A DNA stretch of 32,000 nucleotides, taken from assembly GCF_035285525.1 (NCBI RefSeq), contig NZ_JAYKGW010000042.1, positions 31,669 through 63,668 on the forward strand. Reading direction: 5' to 3'. The position numbers were made by a program, and so were the translations under genes. Shown here piece by piece: positions 10,361-19,592 of the stretch (position 1 is its first letter; the number at the start of each line of letters is the position of its first letter). The notes below the pieces were generated by a model. The model saw nothing but the letters and a program-made list of their open reading frames with translations, was not told the origin of the DNA and ran no database searches. The DNA comes from Okeania sp. GTDB lineage: Bacteria > Cyanobacteriota > Cyanobacteriia > Cyanobacteriales > Microcoleaceae.

Positions 10361-10384
10361 CATTATTAATTATTAATTAATTAA

Positions 10385-10876
10385 TTAATTAATTTCTTGT
10401 AATTCAACAGTATTAATTAGAGAACGTGGAATACTTGTTTGTCTTCCCTTTTGGTTGATATAAACTGCTGTTTGATCGCGACGAACAAGTTGTCCTGTCC
10501 AGTTACTTTTACCTTTATAAGGTTCAGAAGTATTGACAGTTATACTAAAGCCTTTAAAAGCAATAAAATCTCGGTCATTATCCAAAAACTTAGAAATACC
10601 AGGACTGGATATTTCTAATAAATATGGCTCCGGAATTATGTTTATTGCATCTAGTTGTTCTTCTATAGCATGACTCATTCGTTCACAGTCATCTAAACCT
10701 GTGTCTTGATGAGGGTGTCGAATGTCCAACCGTAGAACTGGTGGATGCTGATTGGTATGAAATACTGCTCCTACTAATTCTAATCCTAGGGATTCAGCAA
10801 TAGGAGTAGCAAATTGGATGATTTGTGGTATTAATGGGTGACTCATAACAGGCGCAACAAAAAAAGTGGGCTTCAC
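10385..10876 (-). CDS. rimP: ribosome maturation factor RimP
   Basis: 163-aa ORF from GTG 10876; the ATG at 10846 (MSHPLIPQ...) is equally plausible. It has a RimP-like N-terminus ([14 protein letters not shown]) and sits upstream of nusA. The stop codon lies inside an AT-rich heptamer repeat. Confidence 0.9.
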   Translation of the reverse strand: MKPTFFVAPVMSHPLIPQIIQFATPIAESLGLELVGAVFHTNQHPPVLRLDIRHPHQDTGLDDCERMSHAIEEQLDAINIIPEPYLLEISSPGISKFLDNDRDFIAFKGFSITVNTSEPYKGKSNWTGQLVRRDQTAVYINQKGRQTSIPRSLINTVELQEIN

Positions 10877-10976
10877 CCACTTCCCTTTGGATATATTGTA
10901 GCATTTATTGCGGAAAAAGTCTTTTTGCTATTTTTAGGGAGTAAGGAGTCATTTCGGTTATCAGTTATCAGTACCT

Positions 10977-11060
10977 CTCAAAATGGTAGAGTTTTGACTC
11001 TAACTGCGAGAAAATTTGGCCGCAGTAGATACTCTAAACTGTTCCCAGTTCAGTGTTCCC
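10977..11060 (-). repeat. R2 family copy 4 (inverted)
   Basis: The reverse complement reads gggaacactgaactgggaacagtttagagtatctactgcggccaaattttctcgcagttagagtcaaaactctaccattttgag. Confidence 0.8.
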
Positions 11061-11073
11061 TATTCCCTATTCC

Positions 11074-12510
11074 CTAATTAGATTTATTAGCTTTAAGTTG
11101 TAATTGTCTGGTTTCTTCTAAAATTTTCTCCACATCTTCTTCACTCATCCCCATCACATAATTAATCTTTACTTCTTCAAGAAATGCTGATATTAAAGAT
11201 TGAAGTTCATCTAAAGTATTTTCTTGTTGTAATTCTTGACTTAGTTCTTTGCTGAAGTGTTGAACTAATTCTTCAGATAATTTTGTTCCCTCTGGATCTG
11301 CCATAGCAACTTTAACTGTTTCATAAGCATTTTGGGGTCCCTCGGTGACAATATTAGATAATTCTTTGACTAATCTTTCTGATAATTGCTTGGCTAAATT
11401 TTCTACTCCTGGTATTTGCTGAAGTGTCTGAAAAGCAGGTAATTCTTCAATGATTTTTTCTACGTTATAACGAATTAGAGCTTCTATCTCTGATTTAATT
11501 TCTGGTATTACTTTACAGACTGTTATTTCTACTAATTTATTGGTAATCGCTTCAATTTCATTAATGTTATTTAGATCAATATAAGTTCGCTGTTGAGAGG
11601 AAAATATTCGCTTGGCTAATTCACCACTTGCTACATCTTTTTGTAGCTGATTAATTATTTGTATTATGACTACTTCTGTTAATTCTTGAGCAATGGAAGC
11701 TAGAAAACCTCGGCTAGCTTGTGCCCTGATTGTTTCTAGGTCTATAATTTGAGCATTATTGAGGCGAATAGTAACAGGAATTATCCGCGATAATTGTAGA
11801 AATGGTAATAGTAAAAAAATATCATACCAACGCCATAGCATTGCTTCTTGCCAACTAACGCTAGGATAACGGCGACTAATTAAAAATGTTCTACCTAAAA
11901 ATTCTAAGCCAAAGATAATAATAAAAGGGAAGTCAATTATGCCGAAATAATCAGTTAGTCCTCCACTTTCCCCAATCCCTCGATAATAATTTTTGACAAT
12001 CAATGGTTGAATTTCTTTTTCAAACCATTCACTTTCTTTATTCCATCCATTTGCTATTAAGTATTCTGCACTCCAAAAAGTTGTAAATGATCCTTTTGCA
12101 GAATCTTCTGGATTAGGAATTTTATCTCTAATGCGATTTTTTATTTTTTCTAAAGAACCACTTTTATTAGCAACTGCAAAAGGATTTTGATTGATCATGT
12201 CTATAGAAAGTTCTTGTAGTTCTTCTAGTTGTTTTTTTACTTCTAAAGAATCAAAACCTGTAGAAATTTTTGTTTTTAATTCTGTAAAACTATTTAGATA
12301 TTTTTCTGTATCTCGATTAGGTCTAATTCCTTTGATAGGGTCGTATATTTTTGTGAGACTAGGGACATAATCAAAATAGAAATCTCGGAAAGTAATATAG
12401 CTGATATTAAATAGCACTAGGGTAAAATTTACTAGGGCTAAAAGTGCCATTATTTTTTCCAGTATTGGTACTTTGCGATTTTTCCGGCGGATATGTCTTG
12501 TAGTTACCAT
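11074..12510 (-). CDS. conserved-looking membrane protein with ion-channel S3/S4-like helices, family unknown
   Basis: 478-aa ORF with a basic N-terminus plus a TM helix. Two further helices follow (IIDFPFIIIFG; WRWYDIFLLLPF...SRIIPVTIRL), then a long acidic helical C-terminus. The stop TAG overlaps a (TATTCCC) repeat. Confidence 0.8.
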   Translation of the reverse strand: MVTTRHIRRKNRKVPILEKIMALLALVNFTLVLFNISYITFRDFYFDYVPSLTKIYDPIKGIRPNRDTEKYLNSFTELKTKISTGFDSLEVKKQLEELQELSIDMINQNPFAVANKSGSLEKIKNRIRDKIPNPEDSAKGSFTTFWSAEYLIANGWNKESEWFEKEIQPLIVKNYYRGIGESGGLTDYFGIIDFPFIIIFGLEFLGRTFLISRRYPSVSWQEAMLWRWYDIFLLLPFLQLSRIIPVTIRLNNAQIIDLETIRAQASRGFLASIAQELTEVVIIQIINQLQKDVASGELAKRIFSSQQRTYIDLNNINEIEAITNKLVEITVCKVIPEIKSEIEALIRYNVEKIIEELPAFQTLQQIPGVENLAKQLSERLVKELSNIVTEGPQNAYETVKVAMADPEGTKLSEELVQHFSKELSQELQQENTLDELQSLISAFLEEVKINYVMGMSEEDVEKILEETRQLQLKANKSN

Positions 12511-12523
12511 TTTTTAAATTTTA

Positions 12524-12551
12524 GGGAACAGGAAACAGGGAACAGGGAACA
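12524..12551. repeat. heptamer tandem repeat (GGGAACA) x4, 13 nt upstream of the start codon at 12510
   Basis: Direct reading: gggaaca ggaaaca gggaaca gggaaca. Confidence 0.9.
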
Positions 12552-12567
12552 GTTTTTAGTTTTTCCA

Positions 12568-12667
12568 AGAAACCCGGTTTCTAAATTTCAGAGGCTTCCA
12601 GAAACCCGGTTTCTTTAAGAAACCGGGTTTCTAATAGTCCTAATAATCCTAAAGAAACCGGGTTTCT
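12568..12667. repeat. cluster of four 15-bp palindromes AGAAACC(C/G)GGTTTCT
   Basis: Copies lie at 12568-12582, 12600-12614, 12618-12632 and 12653-12667. Copies 2 and 3 together form a 15-bp-arm hairpin with a 3-nt loop. Further copies lie at 19249-19262 and 19465-19479. Confidence 0.9.
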
Positions 12668-12703
12668 AATAATCCCTTGGACTTCAGCTTTGAGCCGTGA
12701 AAT

Positions 12704-14113
12704 TTATTTGACGGCGGGATGTTTCAGTGCTATGGTACTTTCTTGGCGAGCTGCATTAGCTACTGCACTAGCAACAACTGTAGCTACCCTTTTATCAAAA
12801 ACTGAAGGAACAATATGCTCTTTGTTAAGGTCTGAGTCTTCTACTAATGAAGCGATCGCTTTAGCAGCTTCTAAATACATTGTAGAGGTGAGGGTAGTTG
12901 CCCGACAATCTAGAGCGCCCCGAAATATTCCAGGGAATGCTAAAACATTATTAATTTGATTCGGATAATCACTTCTACCAGTTGCTATAACTGCCACATC
13001 TTCTTTGACTAATTCTGGTTGTATTTCGGGAATAGGATTAGCCATAGCAAATACTATCGGATCTTTTGCCATAGAACGTACCATTTCTGGAGTGAGAACT
13101 CCTGGTACACTAACACCTAAAAATACATCAGCTCCAACCAAAGCATCTGCTAGAGTACCTGAGGACTCAACCGCAAATTCTTGTTTTTCTCGATTTAAAC
13201 CACTACGGCCTTTTGATACGATACCCTTAGAATCGCATAACCAAATTTTATTAGTTCCTGCTTGGCGCAACAACCGAGCAACTGCTATTCCCGCAGCACC
13301 AGCACCATTAATAACTATCCTAATATTCTCTAGAGACTTTTTGACTAATTTTAAAGCATTAATTAAAGCAGCTAAACTAACTATTGCTGTGCCATGTTGG
13401 TCATCGTGAAATACGGGAATATCTAATATTTCTCTTAGTTTGGTTTCTATTTCAAAACAACGGGGAGCAGCAATATCCTCTAAGTTGACTCCTCCAAAAA
13501 CAGGAGCAATATTTTTAACGGTTTCGACAATAGTATCAGTATCTTGAGTAGCTAGACAAATAGGAAAAGCATCAACTCCAGCAAATTCTTTAAATAAGAG
13601 AGCTTTACCTTCCATCACTGGTAGAGCGCCTCCAGGGCCAAGATTTCCTAACCCTAAAACTGCACTACCGTCTGTAACAATGGCTACTGTATTTTGTTTT
13701 ATAGTAAGGTTATATATCTGTTCTGGGTCTTCAGCAATAGCTTTAGAAACTCGGCCTACTCCTGGAGTATAAGCCATTGATAGATCAGCTTGAGATTGGA
13801 GGGAGATTTTGCCTTGGACTGTGATTTTACCACCATGATGTAAATTGAAAGTCCGGTCATAGAAATCGACTACTTGTATTTCTGGTAAAGCTTTAACAGC
13901 TTGAACAATTTTTTCACTATGTTCTGTACTATAGGCATTGACTATAATTTCTCTAACTGTGGTTTGACGATTTTGTTCAAGTAGGTCAATATTGCCTATA
14001 CTGCCCTCTTCTGATGCAATGGCTTGGGTAACGCTGGCCAACATTCCGGCACGGTTAGGAATTTTGAGACGAATTACTATACTAAAAGAGGGATTTGGTG
14101 TTAGTTGTACCAT
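12704..14113 (-). CDS. NAD(P)-dependent malic enzyme with N-terminal ACT-like domain
   Basis: 469-aa ORF with an ACT-like first ~75 aa (IRLKIPNRAGMLASVTQAI). Malic-enzyme motifs follow: AYTPGVG, VTDGSAVLGLGNLG, FHDDQHGTA and the Rossmann INGAGAAGIAV. Confidence 0.95.
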   Translation of the reverse strand: MVQLTPNPSFSIVIRLKIPNRAGMLASVTQAIASEEGSIGNIDLLEQNRQTTVREIIVNAYSTEHSEKIVQAVKALPEIQVVDFYDRTFNLHHGGKITVQGKISLQSQADLSMAYTPGVGRVSKAIAEDPEQIYNLTIKQNTVAIVTDGSAVLGLGNLGPGGALPVMEGKALLFKEFAGVDAFPICLATQDTDTIVETVKNIAPVFGGVNLEDIAAPRCFEIETKLREILDIPVFHDDQHGTAIVSLAALINALKLVKKSLENIRIVINGAGAAGIAVARLLRQAGTNKIWLCDSKGIVSKGRSGLNREKQEFAVESSGTLADALVGADVFLGVSVPGVLTPEMVRSMAKDPIVFAMANPIPEIQPELVKEDVAVIATGRSDYPNQINNVLAFPGIFRGALDCRATTLTSTMYLEAAKAIASLVEDSDLNKEHIVPSVFDKRVATVVASAVANAARQESTIALKHPAVK

Positions 14114-14180
14114 GTTAGGTTTGTTTGAGGTTTAAGTCCTAAATTTTACCAAAAAAATGGGTTGAAAGGTAAACATTTTA

Positions 14181-14226
14181 TAATTAATAATTAACAATTA
14201 ATAATTAATAATTAATAATTAATTAG
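14181..14226. repeat. AT-only heptamer repeat (ATAATTA)n
   Basis: Direct reading. The same repeat type occurs at 10363-10392 and 21251-21279. Confidence 0.8.
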
Positions 14227-14341
14227 CCAAAAATGAGGTATAAAGCCTCCTCTTTTAAGGGCATGAAAAAATATTTAACTCAGTATTTCAAGCTTCCGAG
14301 TTTAGTCGGAGGTTCACTCTCTACTTATAACTGAAATTACC
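14227..14341 (+). repeat. two-hairpin element, type 1, copy A
   Basis: It reads ccaaaaatgaggtataaagcc, hairpin 1, atgaaaaaa, cagtatttcaag, hairpin 2 (cttccga-gtttag-tcggagg), then ttcactctctact...ctgaaat. Confidence 0.75.
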
Positions 14342-14383
14342 TCTTATTATTAAAGAATAGGGTTGGCTAAAAATAGTTTTTTT

Positions 14384-14421
14384 CTTTATGAATGGATAAG
14401 CTTTATACTTTTATTTTTCGG
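14384..14421 (-). repeat. two-hairpin element, 5' fragment (copy G)
   Basis: The reverse complement reads ccgaaaaataaaagtataaagcttatccattcataaag. Confidence 0.5.
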
Positions 14422-14477
14422 TAATTATTTAGGGTTTGCTGATTTATCGGGAACCGTAAAAGTCTTTTTGCATTTGG

Positions 14478-14500
14478 TAGGGAGTAGGGAGTAGGGAGTA
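14478..14500. repeat. heptamer tandem repeat (TAGGGAG) x3
   Basis: Direct reading. Confidence 0.9.
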
Positions 14501-15351
14501 AACCCAACCCTAAGTTAGGAGGGATGGGAGTTATCAAGGAAAAGGAATTAGTTGTAAGAATTGTCTCTTAATTTTTCTACTCTTGGGTAAGCCTTTTCAT
14601 GCTAACTTTTTTCACCTTTTTGACCTAAAAGCTGGTACTTTTTCCTGACAAATAAGTTGCTAAAAACTTTATCTGTTAATACTTTCATATTTCCATACGC
14701 AAGCCGTATTTAGCTATTAGCTATGAACTATCAGTTATGAGCTATTGCCTTGAATTTTAGATAAAAGCTTTATTAATTATTGACCTATAACAATATGGAA
14801 TAATTTGTGAGAAGAAACTTTAGGGGTTTGGTTTCCAAATCTCTTGGTGTTTGGGTTTGGAGACCAAACCAGGCTAACGAATAACCATGTCCTTTGTAAA
14901 TTTCCTATTGTTTATAGCCTAATTATTAATGGTTAATTCTGGATTACTACCTCTTACCTATACCCTAATTCTTAACTATGAACTTTAGTAGCGATCGCTC
15001 ATAAAGATAAGAAAATTTTCAACAATAAAGTTCCAATTAAAAGTCTTTCTGGTCAGTAGGTTAAGTACAAAAAAACTAAAAAATTTTAGATATCAGAAGT
15101 ATCTAAACTGAATGGAAAGATTAATCTCAATTTGTAAGTGTTCAGCTATCAGCAATAAAAACCTCAATCTTAAAGAGGAGATTTAAGCGAAATATAGACT
15201 TAAAAACTGGCTTTTGTAGATAAGATTTAATTCTGAATAATGAAACGCTATATCAAAAACTAAAAGTAATAACTGAGTTGCGCAGTTACGACCCAGAAAG
15301 GTAGCTTATATATGACGGCTTTTTGCGCAGCATTACCCAGGAAATGCTTAC

Positions 15352-15738
15352 TTATGAAAAATCTACAGGAAAAATTTTACACATCATATAACTTGGTAAA
15401 AATGTTTGATTTTCATCAACACAATCTATTAATATTTCTGATTCATTTTCCTCTTTAAGTGGATTTACACAAATAGCAAGTTTTCCTACTCCTGGCATTA
15501 ATGAAATTATTCGATTTTTGAGACTTTCAATATCTTGCTCTAAGTCATTTGCATCTGATATTGAGGGAGTAATAATGAAAAAAGTTTTGACTCCAACTGA
15601 ATCTGGGGCAAAGCCAAAACTACATTCGTTTAATAATGATTGAGTGGAAAAATTTAAAGTTTCATAGAAGCGATTAATTAGTGCTTGATAGAAAGATTCA
15701 CTTAGATAATGATCGTCGAAAGTTGGTTGAGATAACAT
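15352..15738 (-). CDS. hypothetical protein (128 aa)
   Basis: The track ORF starts at TTG 15753, but the ATG at 15738 has GAGGA 8 nt upstream, so it is preferred. No recognisable motif. This is the only ORF in a 2.6-kb repeat-filled gap. Confidence 0.5.
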   Translation of the reverse strand: MLSQPTFDDHYLSESFYQALINRFYETLNFSTQSLLNECSFGFAPDSVGVKTFFIITPSISDANDLEQDIESLKNRIISLMPGVGKLAICVNPLKEENESEILIDCVDENQTFLPSYMMCKIFPVDFS

Positions 15739-16084
15739 AATAAGTTTCCTCAAATAATATTTTTTGTATACTTGCTAATTTTAACATCCATTAAGATTAT
15801 ATAATTATCATTATCTGATTTTAGTTATCTAAATCACAAAACCATAAGATAATTATTACTAATCTAATTGTCAGCAAACAGCTATTGGCACTTAGCAGTG
15901 AGTATTTAGCTTTTGAACTCAATAACTTTAATTGTAAGCAAACAGCTATTAGAAATCAGCAGTCAGTATTTAGTTTGGGTTGTAGTAGTTACTACAGAGT
16001 TAAACTAGAGCAAACAGGAGAAAAATATCAGCAATTTGTTTGATATTTCCAGCTAAATATTATTGTTAGAGATACTGAGTAACT

Positions 16085-16323
16085 GTAAGTATTTAGCAGT
16101 TAGCCATTAGCTATTAGCTATTGTTTGGTTGTAAGCAGTTAGCAGTCAGCAGTCAGATATATATTTTATTTTAAGATAAAAGCTTTATGATACGGTTCCC
16201 GATAAATCAGCAATTTTATCTGACTACAAAATTCAGCTTTCAAGTTTATATTCGTTTAAATATACTCCTTAAGGTTGAGGTTTTTATTACTAAAGTGCTG
16301 ACAACTAATAGCTAAATGCTTAC
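16085..16323. mobile_element. MITE-B-like element
   Basis: Left end gtaagtatttagc; the right end gctaaatgcttac is its reverse complement at 12/13. Next to the termini are (CAGCTAT/CAGTCAG) repeats, and the internal motif is agataaaagctttat. Confidence 0.6.
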
Positions 16324-16759
16324 GTTGAGTTTGAGAGCAAAGTTTTATCAATTAAGACTTGCTGAAAAAGTATTTTTAAGAAAATAGGGTGATGGGGAGT
16401 AAATTTTTTTTGTCTAAACTATTGCCGAAAATGCGCTCCTTTTTAATTTTTTCGGGAACCGTGCATGAATAGCTCAAACAACCAAACCTTTTTCCACCCT
16501 AAAAAGACTAAAAAATTGCTCAATAAACATTTTCCTATTTAATTAGCAAGTCCTAATTAAATAGGAATTGATTTTGACTATAAAAGCCAAGTTCAAAGTC
16601 TATATTAACTTAAAAAAATCCGGACATTTTGAAGATAGTTGCTGTTTTTTGACAACTCCCTTAGTTGCTTAAAATTTAGAATCAGTGTCTCAAATATTAA
16701 TTTATTTTTTCATAGCAAGACGCTATTTTTTGTAAAATTTGAAAATATTAAACATCATC

Positions 16760-18517
16760 ATGGAATCTACTATTGAAAAACTGAAAAGTAAATTTGACAA
16801 AGCTTTAATTACTGCTTTTGGTCAAGATTTAGCAGGTAAAAATCCCTTGCTTGTTCCTGCAAGTAATCCCAAATTTGGAGATTATCAATGCAATTTAGCA
16901 ATGTCTTTAGCTAAAAAATTAAAAGATAAACCAAGAGCGATCGCTACTCAAATTATCAACAATCTTGACATTACCGATTTTTGTCTACCTCCAGAAATTG
17001 CCGGACCTGGCTTTATTAATATTACCCTGAAACCAGAATATATTCAAACCTGTTTAGAAATAATAATTAAGGATGAACGACTGAATATTTCTCTAGCTCA
17101 AAATCCACAAAGAGTTGTGATAGATTTTTCTAGTCCTAATATTGCTAAAGAAATGCACGTTGGGCATTTAAGATCGACAATTATTGGAGATGCTTTGGCG
17201 AGGGTATTAGAATTTCAGGGACATGATGTATTAAGACTAAATCATGTGGGAGACTGGGGTACTCAGTTTGGGATGTTAATTACTTATTTAAGGGAGGTTT
17301 TTCCGGAAGCTTTAAAGACTGCTGATGTTTTAGATATAGGAGATTTAGTTACTTTTTATAAGCAGTCAAAAAAACGGTTTGATGAGGATGAAGATTTTAA
17401 GGAAAGGTCGAGAAAAGAAGTAGTAAGTTTACAAGCTGGTGCTGAGGATAGTCGTTTTGCTTGGCAACTTTTATGTAATCAATCTCGACGAGAATTTCAG
17501 GTTATTTATGACTTACTTGATATTAGTTTAAATGAGCGAGGAGAGTCTTTTTATAATTCTATGTTACCTGGAATTATAGAGGAGTTAAATAAGTTAGGTT
17601 TATTGGAGGAAAGTGATGGTGCTAAATGTGTATTTTTAGAAGGATTTACTAATAAGGAAGGTGAGCGTTTACCTTTAATTGTACAGAAGTCTGATGGTGG
17701 TTATAATTATGCTACAACTGATTTAGCTGCTTTAGTTCATCGCATAGAAAAAGAGGGGGCAAACCGATTAATTTATGTTACTGATTCTGGTCAAGGTAAT
17801 CATTTTGCTCAAGTTTGGCAAGTGGCAAAAAAGGCTGATTGGATACCAGAAAATATAGAGGTTGTTCATGTTCCTTTTGGTTTGGTTTTGGGAGAAGATG
17901 GGAAAAAATTAAAGACTCGTTCTGGAGAAACAGTGAGGTTGAAAGATTTATTAGATGAGGCGATAAATAGAGCAAGGAATGATTTGGAAAAAAGGTTAAA
18001 AGAGGAAAATCGTTCTGAGAGTGAGGAGTTTATTAAAAATGCTGCTCAAGTTGTTGGTTTAAGTGCGGTTAAATATGCAGATTTGAGTCAAAATCGAAAT
18101 AGTAATTATGTGTTTAGTTTCGATAAAATGTTGGCTTTGCAGGGTAATACTGCTCCTTATTTATTATACGCTTATGTGCGGGTTCAAGGTATTGCTCGGA
18201 AGGGAGAAATTGATTTTGAAAAGTTGAGAAATGATGCCAAAATTATTTTGCAAGATGAGCCAGAGTTGGTGTTAGGAAAACATTTATTACAGTTGAATGA
18301 AGTATTAAATATGGTGGCTATTGAATTATTGCCTAATCGTCTTTGTGAGTATTTATATGAGTTGAGTGAAAAGTTTAATAAGTTCTTTGAAAATTGTCCG
18401 GTTTTGAAGTCGGAAGAACCTGTGCGTACTTCTCGGTTATTGTTGTGTGATGTAACAGCTCGAACTTTAAAGTTGGGGTTGTCTTTATTAGGAATTTCTG
18501 TTTTAGAAAGAATGTAA
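16760..18517 (+). CDS. argS: arginine--tRNA ligase
   Basis: ATG 16760 (MESTIEKLK) is preferred over TTG 16739. Motifs are the class I HIGH-type [17 protein letters not shown] and [10 protein letters not shown], plus a C-terminal anticodon-binding domain. Confidence 0.97.
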   Translation: MESTIEKLKSKFDKALITAFGQDLAGKNPLLVPASNPKFGDYQCNLAMSLAKKLKDKPRAIATQIINNLDITDFCLPPEIAGPGFINITLKPEYIQTCLEIIIKDERLNISLAQNPQRVVIDFSSPNIAKEMHVGHLRSTIIGDALARVLEFQGHDVLRLNHVGDWGTQFGMLITYLREVFPEALKTADVLDIGDLVTFYKQSKKRFDEDEDFKERSRKEVVSLQAGAEDSRFAWQLLCNQSRREFQVIYDLLDISLNERGESFYNSMLPGIIEELNKLGLLEESDGAKCVFLEGFTNKEGERLPLIVQKSDGGYNYATTDLAALVHRIEKEGANRLIYVTDSGQGNHFAQVWQVAKKADWIPENIEVVHVPFGLVLGEDGKKLKTRSGETVRLKDLLDEAINRARNDLEKRLKEENRSESEEFIKNAAQVVGLSAVKYADLSQNRNSNYVFSFDKMLALQGNTAPYLLYAYVRVQGIARKGEIDFEKLRNDAKIILQDEPELVLGKHLLQLNEVLNMVAIELLPNRLCEYLYELSEKFNKFFENCPVLKSEEPVRTSRLLLCDVTARTLKLGLSLLGISVLERM

Positions 18518-18523
18518 TTTTTA

Positions 18524-18660
18524 CCGAAAAAATTGGGGATAAAGCTTCCCTCAAAAAGGGGATGAAACAAATATTCGATTCAGTATTTCAAGCCTCTGAT
18601 TTTCCTAGGTCATGCTGCGCAAATAGACAGAGATACTGATAACTGATAACTGAAATGACC
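18524..18660 (+). repeat. two-hairpin element, type 1, copy C (starts 7 nt after the argS stop)
   Basis: It reads ccgaaaaaattggggataaagcttccctcaaaaaggggatgaaac...cagtatttcaagcctctg...cagagatactgataactgataactgaaatgacc. Hairpin 2 carries a longer loop insert. Confidence 0.7.
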
Positions 18661-19272
18661 TCTATTTAACTTTTTTTTCGGTGGGAAAAAGTCAAAAAGT
18701 GAGTATTTTGAGATACAGAATTTTCCCTTGCTATACCAGTTCCCATCTATTATTACTATACTTGAGGAATACTTCAGTCATCAAATAATTAACACAAACC
18801 AAATTATTTTTTGCCAATTTTAGCTAAGTTAATGTGAATTTTTCTGATGTTTACTTCTTTTCTTGCTCCCCTACTCCCCTGCTCAATCAAATTTAGAAAA
18901 CTTTTTGAGAAATGGTATTATGAGGTACTCCTCAGTAGGAGCATCTTTGTACTTCATAAAAGCTGATGAGCAATGCTTATCTCTTCTATAATTTTCTGTT
19001 CCTACTACAGATGTTGCATGACGTCTCTACCTCCTCCCTACCTCAACAAAAAAACTTTTCATAAGCAAACTCTATTTAAGGAGGGAAAATTTTAATATTG
19101 CATTTTTCTAATCTATGAGGTATAGTGTTAAACCAACGTTGTTCCTCTTATAGTCATTCTGGTTTAGACTGAGACAATAATTTCTTACTGTTAAAAGGTT
19201 TCAGCTAAAAAAATGTTTCATTCTTATTCAGAATAACTATAATTTATAAGAAACCCGGTTTCAACTTACAAG

Positions 19273-19458
19273 GTAAGCATTCAGCCCTTAACAGTCAGCA
19301 ATCAGCTATTTATTTTAGTTTGAAATGAAAGCTTTATTAATTGAGATCAATTTAGTTTGGCTATCAAAACTGACTTTGAAGACTACACTCATTTAGAGCA
19401 ACTCCGTAATTTTAGATAATGTTTGCTGAGTGCTGATGGCTAATAGCTGAATGTTTAC
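19273..19458. mobile_element. MITE-B element with 8-bp flanking direct repeat
   Basis: Termini gtaagcattcagc / gctgaatgtttac (12/13 inverted). cttacaag lies directly on both flanks (19265-19272 and 19459-19466). The element sits between two halves of an AGAAACCCGGTTTC palindrome pair. Confidence 0.75.
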
Positions 19459-19592
19459 CTTACAAGAAACCGGGTTTCTGAAGGTCTGGGTTTTTCAGTT
19501 ATCAGTTATTCAGAGTCTTTTTGTTGAGACATCTAATACTGAAGCACAAGACAAGTTAAACAATTTTAAATCCATAGTTTTACTTTATTGTT

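Noticed and set aside
18524-18580. Two-hairpin elements as solitary CRISPR repeats. The hairpin plus ATGAAAC in copy C resembles the ...GGGATTGAAAC 3' end of cyanobacterial CRISPR repeats.
   Set aside because: Only copy C has GAAAC; the others read ATGAAAAAAC or ATTAAAAAAC. The copies are dispersed singly, not arrayed. Each carries about 70 nt of further conserved sequence, and there is no cas context. I kept this only as a remote possibility.
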